A DNA stretch of 64,000 nucleotides from the IMG/VR virus record IMGVR_UViG_3300021425_000005; one strand, written 5' to 3'. This document shows, piece after piece, positions 8,338 through 17,389 of the stretch. Numbering within the stretch: position 1 is the first letter of the stretch; each line of letters starts with the position of its first letter. The stretch comes from a virus. Below the pieces are notes generated by a model that worked only from the letters and a program-made list of their open reading frames with translations, did not search any database and was not told the origin of the DNA. Made by a program: the position numbers and the translations under genes.

Positions 8338-10358
8338 TACCACTTACCATTTTGTTTCCAAGTATGTTCAAAGGAGAAATCCTCTGTCATATTGAGTAAC
8401 TGTGCTTCTTGCTCACCATCGAGCATGTCCTGATCAGAGCGGGGGTCATCAGCCTTTGCCAATCTCTTTGCTCGGTCAACGACTCGACCAGTTTGCCTAC
8501 TGAAATCAAAGAACTTCCAAGGATCTTCAACAGATTTATATGAGGCATCAAAGTCTGCTTCCCAATTACCATCGGCGTCAATCTCAAACTTATAAGTCGC
8601 TCTGTATTCACCATTACCAAACGAAATCCACTCACCTGTCCCAAACTCTTCAAAGTCAAGTTCTGGGCTGAAACGGTGCTCGAATTTGAACCCACCTCTA
8701 GTTCTCCAGAAAAATCTAAGAATTGGCCAAACTTCATTCATTAGGCTTTCGGCAAAAGGATTATCAGGAATTTTGATAATGTTCGTATCAAAATTTTCCC
8801 ACTCGATCTCTTTTATACATGATTCATCATGAAAAGTCAAGGAGTAATGTTTACTTTCTAATGCATCTCGTTTACTAACAGGAGTTCCCTTTGCATTCAT
8901 AGCAGGATTATAGACAGGATTTTGAACAATGAGTTTATCAACCATCATATAGATATTTTTAATTCTGGTTAGGACATGTGGTCCAGCAACTCTATAATCT
9001 TCAGTAATCCAATGACCATTATATGTATGTGGTAGGATATTGAACCTAGATAAATCTTGTCCCATGATTGAGTCAGGGCGAGGCATCAATCCATAACCGA
9101 GGCTGATACTATTTAAATTGTTCTCTCTGTTTCTCCACAAAAACTGCATTGTTTGATAGTGGTCATTCGGTTCTTCTGTTGGCCACCCAGAAATCCAGTT
9201 TGTCAACGCTACGATTCCAACTTCCTTGATGTCTCGAAAGTTTTGTTCCATGGCTTCAACTGTAACTTTCTTATCGATACTATCGAGGACTTTTTGACTT
9301 GCTGATTCGCAACCGAAGTTCATGGCAATGCATTTACCTGCAGCCAATTGTCTCAGATATTCTAAATCCATCCTGCCGTCATGACGAGCATATCCCAACC
9401 ACATAACGTCCAATTTATTTTCTTCAATAAGATTTGCAAACTCTTTTAATTCTTTTAGGTTTCCATTTACCAGACTATCTAAGAAGTAGAATACCTGTGA
9501 CCCCCTAGTTTCGTTGAAGTGTTTTACTTCAGAAAATGCATCTGTAAATTCTCTTTGTCTATATTTGTTAAAGTGAGTCTCGGAACAAAAGGTGCACTTA
9601 GCAACACAGCCCCTAGAAAACTCAGAGGATATTGCATTTGGAATAATATATTGATTAAAATCTAGACTGCAATAATCTGGTAAAGGCAAATTACTAATAT
9701 TCAATCTCTGATCAGAAACCTGACTTATAATAACAGGTTTTGGTTCCTCAATCCCCGCTTCGATTTTATTGAGGACACTTAGGATTGCATTTTCACCTTC
9801 ACCAGAAACAATATAATCATAAATTGTTTTCCCTGAATAATCATCTTGAATAGATTGAATGTTAGAACCTCCCACAATAAACTTTGTGTCTGGTAATTGC
9901 GAACGAATCCTATCAACAAACCAATGGGTGACACGTTCACTAAACACATACTCAGTAAATCCTATCACGTCAGGATTGTAATCGATTAAGACTTTAGCTT
10001 GGTCTTCCCAAAAACTTTCAAACCATGGTAATATAACATCATGAAAGTCTGCATCTTGCCAACGCCAACTACCAGTCGTCCATAGGTCGTCATCTATTTC
10101 ATTTTCTAATTGAGAGTAGTTATAAGAGGTTACATTAAAATCAAAAATATCAGTTTCATACCCAGCGGTTTTAGTCACCCCCGCAAGGCGAGCAAGGTTG
10201 TATGGTGGGAATTGAACCGACCACATAGGCATAACGACGAGCGCAAGTTTAGTATTTCTTGTAGCATAATCGATAACTACATCTGATGTTTTTTGTCTCA
10301 CCTTCTTACGATTGGGAGAAATAACATCAAGCATCGCTTGATCGCGTTCAACTGACAT
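8337..10358 (-). CDS. Cobalamin-binding (class B-type) radical SAM protein, copy 2
   Basis: N-terminal B12-binding-like domain (PPYNLARLAG, PDVIGF, IVGG, VSGEGE); SRGCVAKCTFC cluster motif; FGCES; likely start MSVERD at 10358. Confidence 0.9.
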   Translation of the reverse strand: MSVERDQAMLDVISPNRKKVRQKTSDVVIDYATRNTKLALVVMPMWSVQFPPYNLARLAGVTKTAGYETDIFDFNVTSYNYSQLENEIDDDLWTTGSWRWQDADFHDVILPWFESFWEDQAKVLIDYNPDVIGFTEYVFSERVTHWFVDRIRSQLPDTKFIVGGSNIQSIQDDYSGKTIYDYIVSGEGENAILSVLNKIEAGIEEPKPVIISQVSDQRLNISNLPLPDYCSLDFNQYIIPNAISSEFSRGCVAKCTFCSETHFNKYRQREFTDAFSEVKHFNETRGSQVFYFLDSLVNGNLKELKEFANLIEENKLDVMWLGYARHDGRMDLEYLRQLAAGKCIAMNFGCESASQKVLDSIDKKVTVEAMEQNFRDIKEVGIVALTNWISGWPTEEPNDHYQTMQFLWRNRENNLNSISLGYGLMPRPDSIMGQDLSRFNILPHTYNGHWITEDYRVAGPHVLTRIKNIYMMVDKLIVQNPVYNPAMNAKGTPVSKRDALESKHYSLTFHDESCIKEIEWENFDTNIIKIPDNPFAESLMNEVWPILRFFWRTRGGFKFEHRFSPELDFEEFGTGEWISFGNGEYRATYKFEIDADGNWEADFDASYKSVEDPWKFFDFSRQTGRVVDRAKRLAKADDPRSDQDMLDGEQEAQLLNMTEDFSFEHTWKQNGKW

Positions 10359-12337
10359 TATTTGCGCCATTGACCAGCACCTTCCCAATCTAATTTAAAA
10401 CTTAGATCTATCTCTTTATTATACCTATCCGCACGACTCTTCACTTCTGATATTTCATCTTCTGTCTGTTGACCCTTTGAGTGTATAGAAATTGCTTCAG
10501 TGATGTGACTTGGATTCAGGTCTAAATCGATGAATGAAAATGGCTCGTCTATTTGCTTGAAATCAAAATTTAATTTCATATCCCAATAACCCTCATCGTC
10601 TATATCAAATTTTATATTATAGGATAACTCGTTCTTACCGAAAGAGTCACCCAAAAACCCCTCATCAATCTTGGGGTCTGCTGTTATTTCTATGTTGAAT
10701 GCACCCTTCATTTTCCATAATATTCTAAGCAACGACCAGACTTCGTTTACCATAGTCTTAGCATACGGATTTAAATCCTCTTTGACCAGATGAAAATCCT
10801 CGAAATCATCAAACTCCTCAAACTCATTATCTAGATTTTTAAAGAATTTAAAGTTGTAGTGGTCTAATGGATTAGCCATAGATGAATTATTTTCAATCAT
10901 CATCCCTTCTGTATTTCTCAATTCCCGTATGAAGATGTTTGCCATCTTAGCACGAACCTTATTTGTATCTCCACCCTGAGAAAAATCATCTAAGATCCAG
11001 TGACCACCATAGGCTAAATTTGAATACTTTTTATAAAATTGTGAAGGGTTCAATCCAACCATGGCAGATGACATAACCCAATAATCTGGTGCAATAGCGA
11101 TTGATTTTAAATTTCTACAAGCTGATCTCCACAGCATCTCATATGTCTTATAGACTTCTGAGATTTGTTCTTCGGGGGATCCAAAAATAATCTGACTTTG
11201 TGCCCAGAGTTTAACCCTAGCAAATGAATCCATGTTGTCGTGAATAGTCTGGACATTCACCTTCTTGTTCATCTTATTCAGTGCACCTTGCGCACCAGTC
11301 TCGGTTCCAAAGTTCATACCCCACAATCCACCATCTTTTAGGATTTGCAGATACTCATCGGTCATCCTTTTGTCATGTCGAGCATAACCAAACCACCAGA
11401 TAGGAAGTTCCCTTTCTTTTACTTCTATGGCAAACTCCTTCAACTTTTTAAGGTCGCCATTGATGAGGCTGTCCGTAAACCAAAACATTTGGACGCCATG
11501 GGTTTCATATAATTCTTGCAATTCATCAACAAGAGTGGTTGATTCTTTTTGACGATATTTCCAGAAATGAGTTTCAGAACAGAAAGAACACTTAGCTACA
11601 CAACCACGTGAAAATTCAGTCAACATACAATTTGGCATATCATAGAGATTCAAATCCAAATCTGTGTAATCTGGTGTTGGAAGTTCATCTAGACTCAACC
11701 TTTGCCTTGATGATTCAAAAATTTTCACTTCATCATTTTTAATACCCATTTCAATTTCATTCAGTATAGGTAGGAATGTTTCCTCACCTTCACCAACTGA
11801 TACATAATCAATATCAAATTTATTTTGAGAATCTGCAGAGTCTGTAAGTGTATTTGGTCCACCGAGTATGATTTTAATATTCGGATTATGCTTCTTCATC
11901 ATATCAGTATATCTGTGAGTTGCGAACCTGTTATAAAAATAACAAGAGACACCAACGATATCTGGATTATAATTTTCTAACATTTCCTTCACAAGTCGAT
12001 CGACTGTGGGATAGAGAAGTTCTTCCATTGAAGATTCGTCATACCAACCACTCAGTAATGAATTGTTGTATTCACCTTTTGGTTTACCCAACGCATCATA
12101 TGCATGTTTAGCAGCAATATTAAAATCAAAAATTTTAGATTGATACCCTGCTCGTTTTGCCATTGCATTCAAGCGAGCAAGATTATATGGTGGGAATGTA
12201 GCCGCCCACACAGGTAATGTCAGTAGCGCAACCTTCGATTTACGCTGAATACTATATTCTTTTTTTACAGGTTGCGAATTGACTTTTTGTGAATGACCCT
12301 CAATCTGTTTGAGGATCTGCATATCACGATTAGACAT
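10358..12337 (-). CDS. Cobalamin-binding (class B-type) radical SAM protein, copy 1
   Basis: PPYNLARL, PDIVGVS, ILGGP, SVGEGE, SRGCVAKCSFC, FGTET; start coupled (TGATG) to the gp55 stop. Confidence 0.9.
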   Translation of the reverse strand: MSNRDMQILKQIEGHSQKVNSQPVKKEYSIQRKSKVALLTLPVWAATFPPYNLARLNAMAKRAGYQSKIFDFNIAAKHAYDALGKPKGEYNNSLLSGWYDESSMEELLYPTVDRLVKEMLENYNPDIVGVSCYFYNRFATHRYTDMMKKHNPNIKIILGGPNTLTDSADSQNKFDIDYVSVGEGEETFLPILNEIEMGIKNDEVKIFESSRQRLSLDELPTPDYTDLDLNLYDMPNCMLTEFSRGCVAKCSFCSETHFWKYRQKESTTLVDELQELYETHGVQMFWFTDSLINGDLKKLKEFAIEVKERELPIWWFGYARHDKRMTDEYLQILKDGGLWGMNFGTETGAQGALNKMNKKVNVQTIHDNMDSFARVKLWAQSQIIFGSPEEQISEVYKTYEMLWRSACRNLKSIAIAPDYWVMSSAMVGLNPSQFYKKYSNLAYGGHWILDDFSQGGDTNKVRAKMANIFIRELRNTEGMMIENNSSMANPLDHYNFKFFKNLDNEFEEFDDFEDFHLVKEDLNPYAKTMVNEVWSLLRILWKMKGAFNIEITADPKIDEGFLGDSFGKNELSYNIKFDIDDEGYWDMKLNFDFKQIDEPFSFIDLDLNPSHITEAISIHSKGQQTEDEISEVKSRADRYNKEIDLSFKLDWEGAGQWRK

Positions 12338-12936
12338 CAATCACCTTTCAAGGCAGGGATCTTCTTCTTCGCCATCTCCATGGCTTCTTTGTCATCTAGA
12401 TATTTAGGTCTACGCTTCTTAACATTAGCTTTCTGATCAGCATGTTTTTCTTCTAAGGTTGCTGCTTCATCTACTGCCTTGCGGATATAATCGAGATACT
12501 CAGCATTACCTTCATGACCATCAGCATCAGCAGACAATAACTCTTGCATATCTAAACTACCGATATACTTCTTTTTCGTATCCATCTGCTTTTTCTCTTT
12601 TTGAATACGACGGATAAACGCATAGTAAGTAATTTGAGTAAAATATGCAAAAGGATTCTTAGATTTCTCAGGATCGAAGTTATCAATATATGTAATGCAG
12701 TTTTCGATACCGTCAAGAATCATCTCATCGCGAAATGTATAGTTCACAAAGTTCGATTTATATGCCAAATGGTTTGCAATCTTCACCATACATTCACCGA
12801 GATACTCGGTAACTCGAGGCTTCTCTTCGCCAGCTTCTTTGGCTGCAATAACTCGCTCGCGATACTCGGAGATCGCTACTAAAAATTCTTTGTTGTCGAC
12901 ATAGTGCCGACTGTTGGGGTCTCTTCTTTTAGCCAT
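12337..12936 (-). CDS. gp55: gp55 late-transcription sigma factor
   Basis: HYVDNKEF, NFVNYTFRDEMILDGIENC, NPFAYFTQITYYAFIRRIQKEKKQ. Confidence 0.96.
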   Translation of the reverse strand: MAKRRDPNSRHYVDNKEFLVAISEYRERVIAAKEAGEEKPRVTEYLGECMVKIANHLAYKSNFVNYTFRDEMILDGIENCITYIDNFDPEKSKNPFAYFTQITYYAFIRRIQKEKKQMDTKKKYIGSLDMQELLSADADGHEGNAEYLDYIRKAVDEAATLEEKHADQKANVKKRRPKYLDDKEAMEMAKKKIPALKGD

Positions 12937-12945
12937 AATAAATCC

Positions 12946-12974
12946 ATATTATCTCATATTTTTTTGAATGTCAA
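12946..12974 (-). promoter_or_regulatory. Sigma70-type promoter of the gp55 operon
   Basis: TTGACA-17bp-TAATAT, 9 nt before the ATG. Confidence 0.75.
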
Positions 12975-12987
12975 TCATTTTTTTTGC

Positions 12988-13017
12988 TTGACTATTTACC
13001 AATTTTAGCCATATAAT
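12988..13017 (+). promoter_or_regulatory. Sigma70-type promoter pointing antisense into the uvsW operon
   Basis: TTGACT-18bp-TATAAT in the intergenic gap. Confidence 0.5.
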
Positions 13018-13040
13018 CAGCATGTGCTGGGGTGATAAGA

Positions 13041-13442
13041 TTAGTTTAATTTACCTTCGTCTTTAAGTTGTAAATATTCGAGTAAGTCTTCAGGAGTTAA
13101 TTCTTCCTCTTCTGGAGGATCCTGGAACTCGTCAGATCTGAAGAAAAGACGATTCACTACATTTTCATATCCAGCGACATACTCTTCTCTCAATACAGCA
13201 ATAGTCGTAATGTCACTTGTATTTAGGGTGAACATAACATCATCCGAGAGACCCATCCACGCTTTCAACATATACTGTTCTAGCATATGACTTCCGCCAT
13301 TTTCTTCCAAACCTTTAGAAACGATTTCAATTGGATATAAAATATTAATGAAATTTTGTTTTTGAAGATCGTCCAAACTTTCCACCATACACACAATCAT
13401 TGTCCCATCAGAGAAACGGATTATTCTTGTGTTATTTTCCAT
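13041..13442 (-). CDS. Hypothetical protein between uvsW and gp55
   Basis: 133-aa ORF at a typical T4-like synteny position. Confidence 0.75.
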   Translation of the reverse strand: MENNTRIIRFSDGTMIVCMVESLDDLQKQNFINILYPIEIVSKGLEENGGSHMLEQYMLKAWMGLSDDVMFTLNTSDITTIAVLREEYVAGYENVVNRLFFRSDEFQDPPEEEELTPEDLLEYLQLKDEGKLN

Positions 13443-14922
13443 CCTTGTTCACCTTAACAGTTTTATATTTGAAACCCTCTTCGTTGTATAATTTAATTCG
13501 CCCAATCAAATGTTCAAGGGTATAGTTTTTTCGAGACTTCCAAGAGAGATCGTCACCAATATCATAAAGATTACAGGCAACTTTATTTTCTCCGAGCCGC
13601 AAGCCTCGCCCAATAGATTGGAGGTTGCGTATTCTGCTCTTTGATGGCGAGGCGAACACTACATTATGTAGGTTCTTGATATTTATACCTGTGGAGAATG
13701 TGCCATACGAGGCAATGATAATCGCATTATTTGACTTCTCTGTAAGAGCGCGGATATTCTCACGCTGCTCTGTGTCTGTTCCGCCATATACAAAATACAC
13801 AGGACGGTTTGGTCCAGCTTTCCCTTTAATCATCTCAAATAAAACACTACCGTGTTTTTCTACAAACTGAAATAAGACGAGACTATTACCTTCACATCTC
13901 ATTGTAAGGTTACTGATGAAGTTATTTCGCCAATGGTCGCGAACAAGCCAGTCAACCTCGTCCTGATACTTCATCTTCTTCATTGCTTGTTTATCTTCAT
14001 CAGTGTGATTGAGAAGCAAACATGTAATATCAAGTTCAGCGACGCTACCCTTTTCCATCAGTTCTTTTGTAGTGATAACCTTAGTGACTGGACCAAAGCA
14101 ACCTTCTAATACGAGACGATGAGTCTTTGTTCCATCTAATGTTCCTGTCGTTCCAAACCGCCAATGAGCGTTTTGACATTTATTCATGATTGTGGAAAGG
14201 GACTTCGCTTTGAAAAGGTGTGCCTCATCTCCATACACCACATCAAACTTCTCGAACCATTTTTTAGGAAACTTATATATTGATTGCCATGTCGAGATTG
14301 TAACTGGATATTCATTCGATTTTTCTTTGCCGCCATAGATACGATGGCAGTTTTCACTTGCTTGCCAATCAACAGCACTAGCATAGTCTTGGAAGTCACC
14401 ATACATCTGCTCAACGAGTGATGTGGTCGGAACAATGATGAGTTGACGCTTATTTCTTTTCTGGAAATAACGCATGAGTGTGTAAATTATTAATGACTTA
14501 CCAGAGGCAGTGGGCGACAACAATAGAGACCTAGCACCCTGAATACCTTTACGGACTGCTTGAATTTGATAATCCCGAATCTCAATTGGTTTATCGTTGG
14601 AGTGTAGATTTAGTTCTTCAGCAAACTTCTTAACATACTCCGACGAGACAATATCTCCAAGAGATTCGATCTGATTATCAATAGTATATTCAAGCTGTTT
14701 GGCGAAGTCCTCGAGATACTTAATAAGACCAACTGGAAGTTCTTTGTTGAACATATTGAAAAGTCTAGCTTTACCATCCCACATACGAGATCGATAAGCA
14801 GGCATGAACCTTGCTCCTGGAACTTCGAAGGTGAAGAAATCATTTAATTCTTGTAGGATGCCAGTGTCACATTCAACGCTAAGATTGACAGCATCTTTAT
14901 ATGTGACAGTAATATCAGCCAT
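13432..14922 (-). CDS. uvsW: UvsW SF2 helicase
   Basis: SPTASGKS, DEAH, GTTGT and QSIGRGLR motifs. Confidence 0.96.
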   Translation of the reverse strand: MADITVTYKDAVNLSVECDTGILQELNDFFTFEVPGARFMPAYRSRMWDGKARLFNMFNKELPVGLIKYLEDFAKQLEYTIDNQIESLGDIVSSEYVKKFAEELNLHSNDKPIEIRDYQIQAVRKGIQGARSLLLSPTASGKSLIIYTLMRYFQKRNKRQLIIVPTTSLVEQMYGDFQDYASAVDWQASENCHRIYGGKEKSNEYPVTISTWQSIYKFPKKWFEKFDVVYGDEAHLFKAKSLSTIMNKCQNAHWRFGTTGTLDGTKTHRLVLEGCFGPVTKVITTKELMEKGSVAELDITCLLLNHTDEDKQAMKKMKYQDEVDWLVRDHWRNNFISNLTMRCEGNSLVLFQFVEKHGSVLFEMIKGKAGPNRPVYFVYGGTDTEQRENIRALTEKSNNAIIIASYGTFSTGINIKNLHNVVFASPSKSRIRNLQSIGRGLRLGENKVACNLYDIGDDLSWKSRKNYTLEHLIGRIKLYNEEGFKYKTVKVNKDGK

Positions 14923-15365
14923 TACATGAGACCGTTTGTAAATTTAGTCCATTCGATACCATTTTTGATATCCCAAGTGCGACTGTGTAAAGAACGCATA
15001 ACTCGGTCGAGGAAATCAACAACAGTGCGAATATATTCGACCTTATTCATTTGTTCTTGTAAATCATCATCGGATTCAATCATCTCTGACATGTCATTTT
15101 TCAGAGGTTTATTTCCGAGCCATTGATCCCAGCCAAGAGCATCAAGTTCTTGTTTTGAAAGTTCACCTCTCCAATATTGTTGTTTTACGCGGCGAAGTTT
15201 GTAGAATGCAGCTTCGGATTTACGCAACTGTAGTTTGAAGTTAGAAAGATGATTGAGATATTTTGAATGTAGTTCAGCTGTTTTGATTGTCGCTTTGCCG
15301 AGTTCTAACTCGTCAATTTTACAGTCTACAGCCCATTCGTCTTGGAGTTCTTTTAGAGTAATCAT
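14922..15365 (-). CDS. uvsY: UvsY recombination mediator
   Basis: LHSKYL...RTWDIKNGIEWTKF; synteny with uvsW. Confidence 0.92.
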   Translation of the reverse strand: MITLKELQDEWAVDCKIDELELGKATIKTAELHSKYLNHLSNFKLQLRKSEAAFYKLRRVKQQYWRGELSKQELDALGWDQWLGNKPLKNDMSEMIESDDDLQEQMNKVEYIRTVVDFLDRVMRSLHSRTWDIKNGIEWTKFTNGLM

Positions 15366-15371
15366 GTATCA

Positions 15372-15400
15372 ATAATAAAGTAGTTTCAAGAAAAAGTCAA
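15372..15400 (-). promoter_or_regulatory. Sigma70-type promoter of uvsY (leaderless)
   Basis: TTGACT-17bp-TATTAT, then 6 nt to the ATG; no SD. Confidence 0.7.
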
Positions 15401-15402
15401 GA

Positions 15403-15993
15403 TTAACTTACGGTTTCAATCTTGAACGTGCGGTATCTAAACCCAGCGATACCAACGAAATAATCGCCAGCACCCTGAGAAATGTCAAAGTCTAGACCTT
15501 CTAAACTGGTAGGGAAGGCATCAATAAATGTAATTTTAACATTAGGATTATTGTTTGAATCTAATACAAAAAGAGTTGCATCACTTACTTGTGCAATAGC
15601 CTCTTTTTTATTCTTAGAAGCAGTTGCTGTTCTATATTCCTGAGTCTTAATGAAGTCCGTGAATTGCGCATGGCTTTCTGGAAACCCTAAACCTGTGAGC
15701 CAGTTATACAACTCTACATAGTTAGCCATATCCTCTTGAATGAGGAATCTGATCATAAGTTCACCGAACTGAACCTTATCTCCTGGAAAGGGTATATTAG
15801 CCAGAGGTGTGCTTACTTCAGGTTGTCCAATAGACATCTGTGGTATATTAGCCGCCTGACAAAAGAAAGAAACATTAGGAATGTTTGCAATCTGAAATCG
15901 AAACCCATTTGGGCGCAGAAAGTCTAGTTCAGTAGGATTACTTCCTCCATCGAACTGTGCTTCTGATACATTTGTGATAGGATTATATGCCAT
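15403..15993 (-). CDS. gp3: gp3 tail completion/sheath stabilizer
   Basis: FLRPNGFRF...VSFFCQAANIP...PGDKVQFGEL; lies directly after gp23. Confidence 0.9.
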   Translation of the reverse strand: MAYNPITNVSEAQFDGGSNPTELDFLRPNGFRFQIANIPNVSFFCQAANIPQMSIGQPEVSTPLANIPFPGDKVQFGELMIRFLIQEDMANYVELYNWLTGLGFPESHAQFTDFIKTQEYRTATASKNKKEAIAQVSDATLFVLDSNNNPNVKITFIDAFPTSLEGLDFDISQGAGDYFVGIAGFRYRTFKIETVS

Positions 15994-15998
15994 AACAC

Positions 15999-16006
15999 TA
16001 TTTATA
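15999..16006 (-). promoter_or_regulatory. T4 late promoter (gp3)
   Basis: TATAAATA 5 nt before the ATG. Confidence 0.85.
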
Positions 16007-16019
16007 AGAGTTGCAATAT

Positions 16020-16053
16020 AAAAAAAGAGGCGACTCTTTTCGGAGCCGCCTCT
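16020..16053 (-). terminator. Rho-independent terminator after gp23
   Basis: GAGGCGGCTC-CGAAAA-GAGTCGCCTC stem-loop followed by a T-run; a second small hairpin (GTGAG-GCTAA-CTCAC) at about 16064-16078. Confidence 0.85.
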
Positions 16054-16087
16054 CTAATAAGTGGTGAGTTAGCCTCACTCTTATTGT

Positions 16088-17341
16088 TTACATCAGGTTT
16101 GAAACTTTTACTGAACGATAGTATTGGTTTCTGTCAGCTGTAAAGGTGTCAGCATCGGTTGTGCCGTCTGACTGTGTTACGAATGGGTTAGCGATCATGC
16201 CGTAACGAGTCTTAAAGCCGATTTTTGGCTGGAAGGTCGTTGGATCGATTGCGCGAACCTGCTGCAGCGGAACATATGGGCAGTAGAACAAGCCAGCGTC
16301 ATAAGCAGACGAGCCTTTGTAACCTACTACATAGAACTGAGAAGCAGCACCAGTGTTAGCTGAATATGGGTCGATGTATACACGATAGCGACCGTTCAGA
16401 ACACCAGCAAAAGTGTTACCTGTGTCATCGACGTTCAGGTCAGTGTTAAGAGCTGGAGCATAATCCAGAACACCAGCCATTGACAGAGCAGAAGCTACGT
16501 CAGATGAACATACGATGAAGTTACCTTTACCGCGACGGGTGTCTTGAGCGATTACGTTGGCATCACGTTCGATGTTGAACAGGAGACCTTTGAAACGCTC
16601 AACTGACCAGCGACCGTTTGAGTCAACGTCAAGGTCAAATGTGCCAGCAGTAGCAGTAGAAGCAGAACCAGTTTTAGCAACTTTGTAGATAGTTCTGATA
16701 ACTTCACGGTTGATTTCAGCCAGAATTTCCTGAGACAGGATGTTGCTCAATTCAGACTCGGCGTCCAGACCGTGAATTGCTTTCAGGTCTTGAGCCAGTT
16801 CGATTGAGTATTCGGCTTTCAGCGCACGAGTTTTAGCAGTAACAGTGGTTTTCTCGATTGAGAAAGCCATTTCAGCTGGGTCAACACCTTCACCAGTAGC
16901 AGTGGCCATGCCTGTGCCTGTGGTGTAAGAGCCATCAACTGGGTTAGAGCCAGCGTGAGTGCCTGTGCCAGCGAAGTCGGTGTCGGCTTCGTTGAACAGA
17001 GCTTCTGTGCCTGTTTGTGAAGTGTAGTGTGATTTCATCGCGAAGATGAGACCAGTTGGACCAGTCATTGGCTGAACGCCGCAGACATCATAAGCCATCA
17101 GGTTTGGAAGAGCACGACGAACCAGTGAAATCAATACTGGGTCATAGTTGTCAACCGAAGCACCTGTTGCGTTGGCTGGAGCAGCTTCGAAAAGAGCTTG
17201 TTTCTCTTCACGGATTGCTTTCTCTTGGTTTTCCAGAACGACAGCCGTAACATTACGACGGTGAGCGTCCTTGATTTCTGGAAGTTCTGGGTGATCCAAT
17301 ACTGGAGCCCATTTTTCCATTTGTGATTCTGAAAGATACAT
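16088..17341 (-). CDS. gp23: gp23 major capsid protein
   Basis: GVQPMTGPTGLIFAM, ELAQDLKAIHGLDAE, FQPKIGFKTRYG. Confidence 0.99.
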   Translation of the reverse strand: MYLSESQMEKWAPVLDHPELPEIKDAHRRNVTAVVLENQEKAIREEKQALFEAAPANATGASVDNYDPVLISLVRRALPNLMAYDVCGVQPMTGPTGLIFAMKSHYTSQTGTEALFNEADTDFAGTGTHAGSNPVDGSYTTGTGMATATGEGVDPAEMAFSIEKTTVTAKTRALKAEYSIELAQDLKAIHGLDAESELSNILSQEILAEINREVIRTIYKVAKTGSASTATAGTFDLDVDSNGRWSVERFKGLLFNIERDANVIAQDTRRGKGNFIVCSSDVASALSMAGVLDYAPALNTDLNVDDTGNTFAGVLNGRYRVYIDPYSANTGAASQFYVVGYKGSSAYDAGLFYCPYVPLQQVRAIDPTTFQPKIGFKTRYGMIANPFVTQSDGTTDADTFTADRNQYYRSVKVSNLM

Positions 17342-17376
17342 CTTTCGTCTCCTTGCTTAGTTGTTTTAACTGTTAT

Positions 17377-17384
17377 TATTTATA
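17377..17384 (-). promoter_or_regulatory. T4 late promoter (gp23)
   Basis: TATAAATA. Confidence 0.9.
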
Positions 17385-17389
17385 AAAAA

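Noticed and set aside
8337-12337. Classical RiPP cluster with a short precursor peptide beside the radical SAM genes
   Set aside because: The flanking genes overlap directly (gp55, exonuclease), and no leader-core peptide, transporter or dedicated protease is evident nearby.
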